Counted from the stretch's first letter, positions 47,990 to 57,635 are shown. The stretch: 64,000 bases of DNA from an uncultured Clostridia bacterium (GCA_934101145.1 CAKOPZ010000004.1:11652-75651), one strand, 5' to 3'. Translations and numbers: made by a program. Notes: generated by a model from the letters alone, not told the origin.

Positions 47990-48811
47990 TTGAGAGAATT
48001 ATTAAAATTAGCAGAAATACCAAGAAGTACATTTTATTATAATCTAAAAAATATGAGAAAAGAAGATAAATATAAAGTAGAAAAAGACGAAATTTTATCT
48101 ATATTTAATGAAAATAAAGGACGTTATGGTTATAGAAGAATAACATTAGAAATGAGAAATCGTGGCTATATAATAAACCATAAAACAGTTGCAAGACTAA
48201 TGCAAATAATGGGATTACAAAGCATTCAAAGACCAAAAAGAAGATATAATTCATATCAAGGAATAATAGGAAAAATAGCAGATAATTTATTAAAAAGAGA
48301 TTTTAAGGCAGATAAGCCAAACCAAAAGTGGGCTACAGATGTAACGGAATTTAGAGTTAATAATGATAAACTTTATTTATCACCAATAGTAGATTTGTTT
48401 AACGGTGAAGTAATAAGCTTTAATTTATCTCAACATCCAGTATTTAATCAAGTAGTAGATATGTTAGAAAAAGCATTTAATAAAATACCAGATAATACCA
48501 ACCTAATATTACATTCTAATCAAGGATGGCAGTATCAAATGAAACAATATCAATATTTGTTAGAACAAAAGGGTATCAGGCAAAGTATGTCAAGAAAAGG
48601 AAATTGTTTAGATAATGCATGTGCAGAGAATTTTTTTGGAATATTAAAATCAGAGCTCTATTATATAAAAGAAAAAGAGTATAAAAATATAGAAGAATTA
48701 GAAAATGATATAATTGAATATATAGAATATTATAATAACAGAAGAATTAAGAGCAAACTAAAAGGAATGTCCCCTGTTCAATACAGAGAACATTCCGAGT
48801 TAGTAGCCTAA
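47990..48811 (+). CDS. IS3-family transposase OrfB (DDE/rve integrase core)
   Basis: WATDVTEF.., HSNQGWQY.. and DNACAENFF are DDE motifs. The frame stays open back to ~47930 in the -1 frame relative to orfA, so an OrfAB fusion is likely. Confidence 0.8.
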   Translation: MRELLKLAEIPRSTFYYNLKNMRKEDKYKVEKDEILSIFNENKGRYGYRRITLEMRNRGYIINHKTVARLMQIMGLQSIQRPKRRYNSYQGIIGKIADNLLKRDFKADKPNQKWATDVTEFRVNNDKLYLSPIVDLFNGEVISFNLSQHPVFNQVVDMLEKAFNKIPDNTNLILHSNQGWQYQMKQYQYLLEQKGIRQSMSRKGNCLDNACAENFFGILKSELYYIKEKEYKNIEELENDIIEYIEYYNNRRIKSKLKGMSPVQYREHSELVA

Positions 48812-48901
48812 TTTATACTGTCCAACTTTTTGGGTTCAGTACAAAGAAGGGATTGAACTTAATAAAAAAGTATAGAAAATTAATAAATAGGAGGAATTAA
48901 A

Positions 48902-49906
48902 ATGGCAATTTTATTACCAGGAGGAGCAGGTTATATAGGAAGTCACACAGCAGTAGAATTATTGAATGCAGGAAAGGAAATTATAATAATAGATAATTTT
49001 TCAAATAGTAAACCAGAGGTTTTGGATAAAATAAGAAAAATAACAGGTAAGGACTTTAAATTTTATGAAATAGACTATTTAGATAGAGAAAAATTAGAAG
49101 AGGTTTTTGAAGAAAATGACATTGAAGCAGTATTAAACTTTGCAGGATATAAAGCAGTTGGAGAATCTGTAGAAAAACCACTAGAATATTATCACAATAA
49201 TATTTCAGGATGTCTGGTTTTATTACAAACAATGAAAAAATATGGAGTTAAAAAATTCATATTCAGCTCATCTGCAACAGTATATGGTGAACCAGAATAT
49301 ATACCAATTACAGAAGAATGCAAAACTGGAGGCACAACAAATCCATATGGTACAACAAAACTATTTATTGAACAAATACTAAAAGACTTATATACATCTG
49401 ATAATACATGGGATATATGCATATTGAGATATTTTAATCCTGTAGGAGCACATGAAAGTGGATTAATAGGAGAAGAACCACAAGGAATTCCAAACAATTT
49501 AATGCCATATGTAGCAAGGGTAGCTGCTGGACAATTAAAAGAGTTGTCTGTATTTGGCGATGATTATGACACACCTGACGGAACTGGTGTAAGAGACTAT
49601 ATACATGTCGTAGATTTAGCAAGAGGACATGTAGCAGCATTAAAGAAATTAGATAGAGAAGAAGAAGGATTATATATATATAATTTAGGAACAGGAACGG
49701 GATATAGTGTTTTAGATATGGTAAAAGGATTTGAGAAGGCAACAGGTAAAAAAGTACCATATACAATAGCACCAAGAAGAGCTGGAGATATTGCTACATG
49801 CTATGCAAATCCTAAAAAAGCAAGAGAAGAATTAGGATGGGAAGCTACAAGAAATCTAGATGATATGTATAAGGATTCTTGGAATTATATAGAAAAAAAT
49901 AGCTAA
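48902..49906 (+). CDS. galE: UDP-glucose 4-epimerase
   Basis: GGAGYIGSH Rossmann motif and an SSSATVYG..Y..TK catalytic triad region. Confidence 0.88.
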   Translation: MAILLPGGAGYIGSHTAVELLNAGKEIIIIDNFSNSKPEVLDKIRKITGKDFKFYEIDYLDREKLEEVFEENDIEAVLNFAGYKAVGESVEKPLEYYHNNISGCLVLLQTMKKYGVKKFIFSSSATVYGEPEYIPITEECKTGGTTNPYGTTKLFIEQILKDLYTSDNTWDICILRYFNPVGAHESGLIGEEPQGIPNNLMPYVARVAAGQLKELSVFGDDYDTPDGTGVRDYIHVVDLARGHVAALKKLDREEEGLYIYNLGTGTGYSVLDMVKGFEKATGKKVPYTIAPRRAGDIATCYANPKKAREELGWEATRNLDDMYKDSWNYIEKNS

Positions 49907-49913
49907 TATTATT

Positions 49914-50852
49914 GTGACAGAATTAATAATATTATTTATAATTACTGGAGGAACATTTTTATATGTCAAAAATAAATTAGGAAAAATACAAAGAATAGAC
50001 CTAAATGAAAGCGATTTAAATGTATCTGCACAAACAGATAAGAAATTAGCCGATTATAGAAATATAGCTATATTTGGTATTGATTCAAGAGCGAATACTT
50101 ATGATAAAGGAAATAGAAGCGATTGTATAATGATTGCAAGTATCAATGATAAAACAAAAGAAGTAAAGTTGGTATCTATATATAGAGATACACTTGTGCA
50201 AATAGAAGACCATGGGCTTGATAAAATAACTCATGCATATTCTTATGGAGAAGCACCTCTTGCAATAAAAACTTTAAATACAAATTTTGACTTAAACATC
50301 AAAGAGTTTGTAACAGTAAATTTTGATGCGGTAAAGGATATAATTGACAGCATAGGTGGTATATCAATGAATGTAACTACTGAAGAAGTACCACATATAT
50401 CTGGAATAACGGCAGCTGGAACATACAATTTAACAGGAGAACAGGCTTTAGCATATGCAAGAATTAGATATGCTACGGGAGGAGATTATAAAAGAACAGA
50501 GAGAATGAGAGACGTATTAACAGCTGTTGTAAACAAAGTGAAGACATTTAATATAAGTCAATTGAATTCATTTATAGATAAAGTATTACCAAGGGTTTAT
50601 ACTAATATATCTGAAAATGACATATTTAGTATGATACCAAATGCGACGAGTTTTAAAATAACAAAAAGCATAGGGTGGCCATATGAAACAAAAGGAATAA
50701 CACTTGATAGATGGTATGGAGTTCCGATTACATTGGAAAGCAATGTGACAAAATTACATCAAGAAATATTTGATGAGAAAGATTATATACCTTCAGACAC
50801 AGTAAAAGAAATAAGCAATGATATAGTGAAAAAGATGGGATATATTAATTAA
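49914..50852 (+). CDS. LytR-CpsA-Psr (LCP) family phosphotransferase
   Basis: N-terminal TM, NIAIFGIDSR..RSDCIMIASIN.. and FVTVNFDAVKDIIDSIGG. Confidence 0.8.
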   Translation: MTELIILFIITGGTFLYVKNKLGKIQRIDLNESDLNVSAQTDKKLADYRNIAIFGIDSRANTYDKGNRSDCIMIASINDKTKEVKLVSIYRDTLVQIEDHGLDKITHAYSYGEAPLAIKTLNTNFDLNIKEFVTVNFDAVKDIIDSIGGISMNVTTEEVPHISGITAAGTYNLTGEQALAYARIRYATGGDYKRTERMRDVLTAVVNKVKTFNISQLNSFIDKVLPRVYTNISENDIFSMIPNATSFKITKSIGWPYETKGITLDRWYGVPITLESNVTKLHQEIFDEKDYIPSDTVKEISNDIVKKMGYIN

Positions 50853-50903
50853 ACAAGATAAGAATTTCTAAGAGGTGTATGAACGGTAAGGGGAAGTTTT
50901 AAA

Positions 50904-51554
50904 ATGCTGTATATAAAAATAAAAAGAATATTAGATATTATATTATCTGCTATGTTATTAATAGTTTTTGCTATTCCAATGGCAATTGTCGCAATTTGCA
51001 TAAAATTGGAAGATGGAGGACCAGTTATATATAAGTCAAATAGAGTGGGAAAAAATTTAAAAGAATTTAATACATATAAATTTAGATCAATGAAAACAAA
51101 GCGAGAAGAATTGCATAGTACTTTATCGCATGAACAAATGGTAACAAATATAGGAAGATTCATAAGAAAAACCTCATTAGACGAATTACCACAATTAGTT
51201 AATGTATTAAAAGGTGAAATGAGTTTTATAGGACCACGACCATGGATACCAGAATATTATAAATGGTTTACAGATGAACAAAAAAGAAGAATTGAAGTAT
51301 TACCAGGTATTTCAGGATTAGCACAAGTTAGAGGAAGAAATGGAATTAATATATTAAAGAAAATAGAATATGATATTGAATATGTTGATAATATTAGTTT
51401 TAAACAAGATGTTATAATAGCATTTGAAACAATTATAACTGTATTTTCTAAAACAAATGCTGAAATAACGGAAAATGGAATAAAAGAAGAAATTAATGAA
51501 TTGAAAACACAAAGAATTAGTTTGGAAGAAAACATATATAAAGAAGTTATATAA
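50904..51554 (+). CDS. Undecaprenyl-phosphate sugar phosphotransferase (bacterial sugar transferase family)
   Basis: DELPQLVNVLKGEMSFIGPRP motif, at small WbaP C-domain-type length. Confidence 0.8.
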   Translation: MLYIKIKRILDIILSAMLLIVFAIPMAIVAICIKLEDGGPVIYKSNRVGKNLKEFNTYKFRSMKTKREELHSTLSHEQMVTNIGRFIRKTSLDELPQLVNVLKGEMSFIGPRPWIPEYYKWFTDEQKRRIEVLPGISGLAQVRGRNGINILKKIEYDIEYVDNISFKQDVIIAFETIITVFSKTNAEITENGIKEEINELKTQRISLEENIYKEVI

Positions 51555-51575
51555 AATAAATAAAGGGAGAAGGAA

Positions 51576-52829
51576 ATGAAAAAGGTATTGTTTGCAGCAA
51601 CAGTTGATTCTCATATAAAACAATTTCATTTGCTATATTTACAATGGTTTAAAGAACAAGGTTATGAAGTACATGTTGCAACTAATGGTGACGAAGCAAT
51701 ACCATACTGTGACATAAAACATAGGATTCCTTTTGAAAGAAATCCTATCAAAGTTAACAATTTAAAGGCAATAAAAAAATTAAAGAAAATTATAGAAAAT
51801 GAAAAAATTGAATTTATAGATTATGAGCATGAAAATTTTTATAAAAGGCAAATTTCAAGGTTAGAAAGAATAGGAAAGGCAGATGTATATCACAAATCGG
51901 CAATTTATACTTTAGGTATATGCGAAACTACAAGAAGTAATTTTAATAATATTCTTAATTTGGAAACAGATAGAACCAATATAGACAGTTTACAAAGTGC
52001 ATGGCAAACAGGGACAAGCAAAAGAGTAACAAGAATGGCATTGAATTTATGGAATAGTGATAATATGTATGAAGATAGAAAAGCTGAAAAGGAAGATAGA
52101 GTATCTAAGAATTATTGTGTTAGTGAATTGTTTTGTGATGGGTATGATAGATATTTCATGGAAGCAATAAAATTACGATACCCAGAGAATTTTAGAGAAT
52201 ATCAAAATAGTAAAATTATAACTTTAAATAATGATAATAAAGACAACAGTAAATTGTATGGGATTTATATAAGAATAGGTTATTGTCAGAATGAGTTTTC
52301 AGCAATTTTAGAATTAGAGGAAAAGAAAGAGCAAATTTTAAAATACTGTAAAGACAATGGGTATAATGTTAATCATATATATTGTGATATTGGATTTTCT
52401 GGTGCATTAGAAAATAGAATTTCACTAGATAAATTAGTAGATGATATAAATAGTGGAAAATTAGAGGGAGTTATAGCAGAAAGTTTATCTTCAATTATAA
52501 GAGATCCATCACTTGTGAAAACAAAAATATTTTTACAGAGCATAAAAGGACAAATAATTTCAATGCAAGATGGTGTAATTAAAGGCAAAAATAGTAAAAC
52601 AACTGAAAACGAAATGGACACGACTAAAAAAGAAAAAGTTATAAATGAAAGTGATAGAACACAAGAAAATCAATTTAAAGAAATGTTTAATAAACAACAA
52701 AACAAAACTATACCCAAAACGAAAAATGTTATTGTACATAACAATTTAAAATGGAGACCAGTAAGCGAGGAACAAAGAAAAGGACGAATTGAGATGAGAA
52801 TGAAATCAAAGAAAAATTTAGAAAGATAA
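51576..52829 (+). CDS. Chimeric ORF: glycosyltransferase N-terminal fragment fused to a resolvase-like domain lacking the catalytic Ser
   Basis: Residues 1-~80 resemble a GT4 N-terminus (MKKVLFAATVDSHIKQF..). Residues ~225-335 resemble a serine-recombinase catalytic domain, but YIRIGYCQNE replaces Y.R.S...Q. Confidence 0.5.
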   Translation: MKKVLFAATVDSHIKQFHLLYLQWFKEQGYEVHVATNGDEAIPYCDIKHRIPFERNPIKVNNLKAIKKLKKIIENEKIEFIDYEHENFYKRQISRLERIGKADVYHKSAIYTLGICETTRSNFNNILNLETDRTNIDSLQSAWQTGTSKRVTRMALNLWNSDNMYEDRKAEKEDRVSKNYCVSELFCDGYDRYFMEAIKLRYPENFREYQNSKIITLNNDNKDNSKLYGIYIRIGYCQNEFSAILELEEKKEQILKYCKDNGYNVNHIYCDIGFSGALENRISLDKLVDDINSGKLEGVIAESLSSIIRDPSLVKTKIFLQSIKGQIISMQDGVIKGKNSKTTENEMDTTKKEKVINESDRTQENQFKEMFNKQQNKTIPKTKNVIVHNNLKWRPVSEEQRKGRIEMRMKSKKNLER

Positions 52830-52856
52830 ACAAGTCAAAAATGGCTTGTTTTTTTG
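52828..52856 (+). terminator. Intrinsic terminator
   Basis: AAACAAG-loop-CTTGTTT followed by a T-run. Confidence 0.55.
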
Positions 52857-53349
52857 TTAGGAGGGAACAAATTTGAAAACAAATATAGGAAATATAAATA
52901 TGGAAGTAAAAGAGGCAATAGCCTATTACATTTTAGGGTATGAAAAATATCATACTGAGATAAAAGACATTAAAAAGAAACATTGGATAATAATATTAAA
53001 ATTTATATTAGAAATGGTTAGAGATGATGTAGATACACAAGAAGTTATATTACGAAATAAAAACTACTAGATACAATTCTTTTTTCGTGGAAACTAACTC
53101 CAGATGATTTTTTTGCTTATGCAACTTGTATTTTTTATGTATTAACTAACCGAGAAAAAGAAATAACACCAAAAAAATAGTAACAGAATTTTTATCAGAA
53201 GTATATTCACACCACCCAAGAAAAACTTTAAAAGAAGCTAATTTTATACTTGATGAATTTTTTCCAGAAGAATAATTTTATAAAAATAAAGCAATTATTC
53301 ATAAATTTATCATTACCTAAATACCTTTTAATATGAAAGTAAGGAGGTA

Positions 53350-53478
53350 ATGTTGGAAGAAAATAAAGAAGATAGCAAAGTAAAAGTTATCTATGGAAAA
53401 GAAAATTTACGAGAAATAATAACCAATTTGTTAGAAGAAAAATTTAACGAAATTATAGAACAATGTGAAGATCAGTAA
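53350..53478 (+). CDS. Small acidic protein (~42 aa) upstream of the recombinases
   Basis: AAGGAGG precedes ATG 53350 / TTG 53353. Sequence ..KVKVIYGKENLREIITNLLEEKFNEIIEQCEDQ. Function unknown. Confidence 0.3.
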   Translation: MLEENKEDSKVKVIYGKENLREIITNLLEEKFNEIIEQCEDQ

Positions 53479-53567
53479 ATAATATTAAATTTGCACATTT
53501 TACTTCAAATAATTTAAAAGATAAAATTAAATCGTAAAAAGGTTATTTATTCTGGAGAGGAGGTAAG

Positions 53568-55223
53568 ATGAAAAGAATAAATAATTGTGGCAATATAAAT
53601 TATAGAAAAGATAGAACAGTCAAGTATTTGCGTCTTTCAAGAGATGACGGAGATGATAGAGAAAGTGAAAGTATAGAAAATCAAAGAGATATAATAGATA
53701 ATTTTATAAAAAATAGTGATGATTTAGAAGATGTAGGAGAATATATCGATGATGGATATACAGGAACTAATTTTAATAGACCAGATTTTAAACGAATGAT
53801 ACAAGACATTGAAGATGGAAAAATAGACTGCATTATTACAAAAGATTTATCAAGATTTGGAAGAGATCACATAGATACAGGATATTATCTTGAAAGGTAT
53901 TTACCAACAAAAGCTATAAGATATATTGCAATAGGCGATAATGTTGATACCAATAATCCATCTGGATTGCAATTTTTAACTTTTAAATTAAGTTTTAATG
54001 ACTATTATGCACAAGATATATCCAATAAAATAAAAAGTGTAAAGCAAAGAAAAATAGAAAAGGGAGAATTTCAAGGAAATATTGCTCCTTATGGTTACAA
54101 AAAAGATAGTTTAATAAAAAATCATCTAATACCAGATGAAGAATCAGCAAAAGTAGTTGTAGATATATTTGATATGTATGTTAATAAAGGAATGTCAACA
54201 ACACAAATAGCAGATAAATTAAATGAAAATGAAATTTTACCACCTGCAATATATTTAAAGATTCCGACTATTATGAAAGGTAAGAAAGATATATCAGAAT
54301 ACAAATGGCTATATAGTCAAATATCAGAAATGTTACAAAATCAAATATATATAGGAAATGTAGTAGGTAGAAAATATCAAAAAATTAGTCATAAGGTTGA
54401 TAAAGTTAGAAAAACAAAAAAAGAAGAATACATCATTGTACCTAATAAACATAGAGCAATTATTTCAATAGATATATGGAATAAAGCACAGGAAAAAATA
54501 GAAATGTATAAAAAATTTAGAACAAACAAATCTGAGGAATACACACATCCTTTAAAAGAGTTAGTACATTGTGCTGAGTGTGGAGGAAAAGCAATATATA
54601 GACATAGAGTGGCAAAAAGAAAAAACGGCAATATGTGGGAAAATAATAGTTTTATATGTTCTAATAAAAATTCAAAAAGAAATGATTGCGAATGTAAACC
54701 TATAAAATTAGAAGAACTAGAAAAAAAAGTAATTAGTGCAATAAAAGAAGAAATACAAAAATTATCTTATTCAGATGATGAATTACAAGAAATATATGAC
54801 AACGCTGAGCAAAAAATCAATACAAAAATCAATTTTTTCAAAAAACAATTAAAAATTTATGAATGCAAGCTAAAAGAAAAAAATGAAACAATAAAACAAG
54901 TCTATAAAGATAAAACTGAAAATGTAATAACAACTGAAGATTTTAATATTATTTATGAGGACTTATTAAAAGAGAAAAAACTAATTTTACAGCAGATACA
55001 ACAATTAGAAACAAAGATAGAAGAAACCAAAAAAAGTAGTAATAGTCTTAATTATAAACAAATAAAAGAGGTAGCAGAAGAAATATTATCTATTAAAAAT
55101 CCTAGTAGAGAACTATATTCAAAATTGATTCAGAAAATAGAATTTGATAGTCAAAAAAATGTAATTATAACCTTCAGATTTGGACAGATAGAAATAAAAG
55201 AAGGACTAAAGGAGGCAATATAA
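53568..55223 (+). CDS. Large serine recombinase 1
   Basis: Resolvase catalytic domain (YLRLSRDDGD..ENQ, DDGYTGTNFNRP, DLSRFGRD), recombinase domain, Cys-rich zinc ribbon (CAECGG..C..C) and coiled coil. Confidence 0.9.
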   Translation: MKRINNCGNINYRKDRTVKYLRLSRDDGDDRESESIENQRDIIDNFIKNSDDLEDVGEYIDDGYTGTNFNRPDFKRMIQDIEDGKIDCIITKDLSRFGRDHIDTGYYLERYLPTKAIRYIAIGDNVDTNNPSGLQFLTFKLSFNDYYAQDISNKIKSVKQRKIEKGEFQGNIAPYGYKKDSLIKNHLIPDEESAKVVVDIFDMYVNKGMSTTQIADKLNENEILPPAIYLKIPTIMKGKKDISEYKWLYSQISEMLQNQIYIGNVVGRKYQKISHKVDKVRKTKKEEYIIVPNKHRAIISIDIWNKAQEKIEMYKKFRTNKSEEYTHPLKELVHCAECGGKAIYRHRVAKRKNGNMWENNSFICSNKNSKRNDCECKPIKLEELEKKVISAIKEEIQKLSYSDDELQEIYDNAEQKINTKINFFKKQLKIYECKLKEKNETIKQVYKDKTENVITTEDFNIIYEDLLKEKKLILQQIQQLETKIEETKKSSNSLNYKQIKEVAEEILSIKNPSRELYSKLIQKIEFDSQKNVIITFRFGQIEIKEGLKEAI

Positions 55224-56849
55224 ATGCGAATATATAGGGCAGTAAAATATTTGAGATTATCAGAACAAGATGGAGATAAGCAAGAAAGTGAAAGCATAGA
55301 AAATCAAAGGGATATAATAGATAATTTTATAAATAATAATGATGATTTAAAAGCAGTAGGAGAATATATTGATGATGGCTATACAGGAGGAAATTTCGAT
55401 AGACCAGACTTTAAGCGAATGATACAAGATATTGAAGATGGAAAAATAGATTGCATTATCACAAAAGACTTATCAAGATTTGGGAGAGATCATATAGATA
55501 CAGGTTACTATCTTGAAAGGTACTTACCATCAAAAGCTATAAGATATATTGCAATAGGTGATGGTGTAGATACTATAAATGCAAGAGGATTGCAGTTTTT
55601 ATCGTTTAAGTTAAGCTATAATGATTATTACATACAAGATATTTCTAAAAAAATAAAAAGTGTAAAAAAGAAGAAAATGGAAAATGGGGAATATCAAGCA
55701 GGAATTGCTCCTTATGGTTATAAAAAAGATGAAAATATAAAAAATCATTTAGTTATTGATGAAAATGTATATAAAGTTGTGCAAGAAATATTTGATATGT
55801 ACGGAAATAAAGGAATGTCAACTATAAAAATTGCTGATGAATTGAATAGAAGGAATATTGTACCACCTGCTGTCTATATGAATATGCCTTGTACAAAAAG
55901 AAAATGCAAAAATCCATCTGGAGAGTATGTTTGGCTACGAACAACAATAGGAAATATGTTAAAAAATCAAACTTATTTAGGGTATGTTGTAAGTGGTAAA
56001 AGGGAACAAATAAGTCCTAAAATAAAAAAAGGAAGGCAGAAGAAAAAAGAAGAATTTATTGTAATAAAGAATATGCATGATCCTATTATAGATGAAGAAC
56101 TATGGAAAAAAGTTCAAGCTAGATTTAATTCATTTAATACAGATAATAAGAAAAAATATAATTATATTCTAAAAGGTATGGTATATTGTGGAGAATGTGG
56201 AAATGAAGCAACATTTATGCATTCTATAAGCAAAAATAAAAGTGGCAAAGTATATTGGGAGGGAAACTATGCAATATGTAAAAAGAGAAATGATTATATA
56301 AGGTTATGCGAGAATAAAATTCTTGGAGAACACATAATATTAAGAGAACTTAAAAAAGTAATACAAAATGAGTTAAATAAAATAGACATTACTTCCAAAG
56401 AAATAAAAGAAACTTATAAAAAAGCAAAAGTAAAAAGTGATACAAGAGAAAAAAAGAATAAGTTGATTATTGAAAGTAAGAATAAGGAACTCAAAGAAAT
56501 TGAAAATAGATTTTCAGAACTTTACAAAAGAAAATTGAAAAATGAAATTTCAATAGATGACTTCAATAAAATATACGAAGGAATGAAAAATAAAAGAAAA
56601 TCTATAAATCAAGAAATTAAGGAACTTGAAAATGAAATAACTAATGCACAAAGTAAAAAACTAGAAGATAAGGAGTATAAAGAAATAAGAAAAATAGCAA
56701 AAAAATTCTTAAAAATGGAAGAGCCAGATCGAGAAACAATAGAGGCATTAGTAAGGAAAATTACATTTGATAAAAATAAAAATATTACAATAGAACTAAC
56801 TTTTTCAAATCCTTATGAGAAAGTAATATATAAGAAAGATATAGCATAA
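55224..56849 (+). CDS. Large serine recombinase 2 (tandem paralog)
   Basis: Same architecture as recombinase 1. The ATG directly abuts the upstream TAA, with AAGGAGG 8 nt upstream. The N-terminal ~130 aa are near-identical to recombinase 1, and the C-terminal DNA-binding half is diverged. Confidence 0.9.
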   Translation: MRIYRAVKYLRLSEQDGDKQESESIENQRDIIDNFINNNDDLKAVGEYIDDGYTGGNFDRPDFKRMIQDIEDGKIDCIITKDLSRFGRDHIDTGYYLERYLPSKAIRYIAIGDGVDTINARGLQFLSFKLSYNDYYIQDISKKIKSVKKKKMENGEYQAGIAPYGYKKDENIKNHLVIDENVYKVVQEIFDMYGNKGMSTIKIADELNRRNIVPPAVYMNMPCTKRKCKNPSGEYVWLRTTIGNMLKNQTYLGYVVSGKREQISPKIKKGRQKKKEEFIVIKNMHDPIIDEELWKKVQARFNSFNTDNKKKYNYILKGMVYCGECGNEATFMHSISKNKSGKVYWEGNYAICKKRNDYIRLCENKILGEHIILRELKKVIQNELNKIDITSKEIKETYKKAKVKSDTREKKNKLIIESKNKELKEIENRFSELYKRKLKNEISIDDFNKIYEGMKNKRKSINQEIKELENEITNAQSKKLEDKEYKEIRKIAKKFLKMEEPDRETIEALVRKITFDKNKNITIELTFSNPYEKVIYKKDIA

Positions 56850-56900
56850 TAAATTAGAAAGTAGTTATTGATGTTAACTACATAATTTTAGATGAAAAAG

Positions 56901-56912
56901 TGGTACATCTAG
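56901..56912. repeat. Right terminal inverted repeat of the element
   Basis: TGGTACATCTAG, the reverse complement of 46023-46034. Confidence 0.8.
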
Positions 56913-56921
56913 TTAGGTTAA

Positions 56922-57317
56922 AACCATACAGCTAATCATAAATCAATGCCAGAAATAAGTAATGAACAAATAAAAGAAGAAGTAATGAATTTACACAGCA
57001 GTTTGTATGAAAAATTTGGATATGAAATGCAATATATAAGACCACCAAAAGGAGAATATAGTGAAAGAACAGTTGCATATACAAATACACTTGGCTATAC
57101 AACCGTAATGTGGTCATTTGCATATGATGATTGGGATGAATCAAAACAGGGAAGAGAAAAATATGGAAAAAAGAAAATATTAGACAATTTGCATAATGGA
57201 GAAGTAATGCTACTTCATGCAACATCAAAGGATAATAGCAATATATTAGATGAATGTATAAAAGAAATTAAAGCACAGGGATATGAATTTAGAGCAATTG
57301 ATAAATTTGAAAAATAA
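56922..57317 (+). pseudogene. pdaA: 3' part of the interrupted PdaA-type deacetylase gene
   Basis: The frame opens at 56922 as NHTANHKSMPEIS.. (the track ORF starts at internal Met 56946). Contains RPPKGEYS, LGYTTVMWS, LLHATS and QGYEF. Confidence 0.8.
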
Positions 57318-57326
57318 AAAAGGATT

Positions 57327-57635
57327 GTGATTGATTTGAAAAAAAGAAAATCTACACCAAGTAGACTTGAAAGAATTCTGAGTCTACCAGATGAAATCAG
57401 TTCAAATAGACCAAAGATAACAATAGTGGGATTTGAACAAGTTTTTATAGAAAATTACAAAGGAATACTTGAATATCAGGATTATTTTGTAAGATTAAAT
57501 ACATACATTGGTATCATAAATATTAATGGATTTAATTTAAAACTTGAAGAAATGACAACAGATGATATTTTAGTAACAGGCCAAATAGATGGAATTGACT
57601 TTGAAAGCATTGAAAACGAGGAGGAGAAAATTTGA
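57327..57635 (+). CDS. yqfC: YabP/YqfC-family sporulation protein
   Basis: ~100-aa protein with ..ITIVGFEQVFIENYKGILEYQD..V.L.. directly upstream of and overlapping yqfD. Confidence 0.7.
   Translation: MIDLKKRKSTPSRLERILSLPDEISSNRPKITIVGFEQVFIENYKGILEYQDYFVRLNTYIGIININGFNLKLEEMTTDDILVTGQIDGIDFESIENEEEKI

Larger units (their letters stand above)
47443..48843 (+). mobile_element. IS3-family (IS150-like) copy lacking its left inverted repeat
   Basis: orfA/orfB lie in 0/-1 frames. The right end ..TATACTGTCCAACTTTTTGGGTTCAGTACA ends in CA at 48843. No matching TGTACTGAACCC.. was found upstream of orfA. Confidence 0.7.
46011..56926. mobile_element. ~10.9-kb integrated element inside pdaA, with tandem large serine recombinases at its right end
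   Basis: Shared AAACCA at both junctions (46005-46010, 56921-56926). 12-bp terminal inverted repeats CTAGATGTACCA (46023-46034) / TGGTACATCTAG (56901-56912). Mosaic cargo. Confidence 0.75.

Noticed and set aside
52873-53280. 65-aa ORF and downstream open fragments (..TPDDFFAYATCIFYVLTNREKEITPKK, ..VTEFLSEVYSHHPRKTLKEANFILDEFFPEE)
   Set aside because: This looks like one gene broken by stops and frameshifts. There is no recognisable family, and it is probably decayed cargo rather than a functional gene.
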